Origin: a virus
Strand: one strand, 5' to 3'
Virus record (IMG/VR): IMGVR_UViG_3300005518_000016
Location: 7,077-71,076 of that record
Length of the DNA: 64,000 nt
The notes beneath the pieces were generated by a model. That model had not been told where the DNA came from. It was given only the letters and a program-made list of their open reading frames with translations, and ran no database searches. Position 1 is the first letter of the stretch. Every line of letters begins with the position of its first letter. Positions 63,136 through 64,000 of the stretch are shown in pieces. The position numbers were made by a program, and so were the translations under genes.

Positions 63136-64000
63136 TCCTCCTCCCCGAAGCCCGCCCCCACTATGAAGTGCCGAAAGGATTCGGATTCCATCGTTACTCC
63201 CCCGCCGAACTCAAGGAACTCGCCCACCTCTTCGGCTCGCTTCAGATCTGGCAGCATCCCCGCCGCGGCCACCGCTACATCCTCGGCTGCGATGTCTCCG
63301 ACGGCCTCGGCCAGGATCGCTCCGTCTGCGATGTATTCAGGATGGGCACGATCGAGGAGGGCGAGGAGCAGGTGGCCCAGTGGATCTCCGACTCGGTCCC
63401 CCCGCGCCAGTTTGCCTACGTGATCGACGCCATCGGCCATCTCTACAAATGGCCCGACGACCGCGAGGCCCTCGCCGCCATCGAGTGCAACAACCACGGC
63501 CTCTCGGTCCAGGACACCCTCCAGCTCCACCTTGGCTACCGGCACTTCTACGTCTGGGAGGTCCTCGACCAAGCCGACCCCATTAAACGGTTCACCACCA
63601 AACTCGGCTGGGTCACCACCGCCCGCACCCGCCCCATCCTCCTTGATCAGCTCTACACGGGCGTGACCACGATCGATCCCCTCACCGGCTACTCCGACTG
63701 CCGCCTCAATTCCCGCTTCACCCTCGATGAAATGCGGGACTTCCAGACCGATGGCGCCCTCTGGGAAGCCGAAGCCGCCCGGGGCGCCCATGACGACTGC
63801 ATCGTCGCCGCCGGGATCGCCCACTACGTCGCCTGGCGCCTGATGGCCGGGGAGACCGAACCCCTCAGCGATCGCCGCCGCCGCCGCCGCGAAGCCGAGC
63901 TCCGCCGCCTGGCCTCCGGTGACCAAGCTAGACTTGACTACCGCAATAGTGATAGTACCGTCGACCAGATGCAGGCGTCCGACCCCCGGACCCCGGAGGA
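63132..64000 (+). CDS. terL: Terminase large subunit, RNase H-like nuclease half (runs off the window; not in the ORF track)
   Basis: Manual translation from ATG 63132: LQIWQHP..GHRYILGCDVSDGLGQDRS, EQVAQW, AIECNNHG, KLGWVTT..TRP, LDEMRDF, GAHDDCIVAAGIA. Confidence 0.88.
   Translation, partial: MILLPEARPHYEVPKGFGFHRYSPAELKELAHLFGSLQIWQHPRRGHRYILGCDVSDGLGQDRSVCDVFRMGTIEEGEEQVAQWISDSVPPRQFAYVIDAIGHLYKWPDDREALAAIECNNHGLSVQDTLQLHLGYRHFYVWEVLDQADPIKRFTTKLGWVTTARTRPILLDQLYTGVTTIDPLTGYSDCRLNSRFTLDEMRDFQTDGALWEAEAARGAHDDCIVAAGIAHYVAWRLMAGETEPLSDRRRRRREAELRRLASGDQARLDYRNSDSTVDQMQASDPRTPE

Overview
The window is almost the whole genome of a high-GC tailed dsDNA phage with a podovirus-like layout. No rRNA, tRNA, CRISPR array, integrase or reverse transcriptase was seen. 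Layout: (1) 1-21800 (+), virion genes: end of a probable scaffold gene, major capsid protein, adaptors, nozzle/tail tubular protein, tail fibre with an S74 chaperone domain, and three ejection-type proteins, with an antisense HNH gene inserted. (2) 21673-47972 (-), replication and modification arm: SLOG protein, UDG-PolA fusion, five glycosyltransferases, four methyltransferases, HAD phosphatase, Pif1/RecD helicase, SSB, Sak4-like ATPase, PD-(D/E)xK nuclease and two more HNH genes. (3) 48203-49416 (+), RepA-type ATPase followed by an iteron-like origin. (4) 50042-55477 (-), small early-type genes and DUF932. (5) 55948-64000 (+), membrane proteins and terminase. The portal gene, and possibly the endolysin, presumably lie outside the window. 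Most notable: the large terminase is split into ATPase and nuclease genes around an 83-aa ORF that has a twin-arginine motif plus a copy of the capsid N-terminal segment, and the capsid protein itself has a hydrophobic leader in front of that segment. Also notable: four dense GTAC arrays, a prfB-like CTT-TGA-C +1 frameshift candidate, a large glycan-building gene cluster, a PolA with Asn at Klenow position 762, and repeated TTGACT-N17-TAGGCT-N7-ATG leaderless-type promoters. All family calls come from motif recognition by eye; no database search was run.
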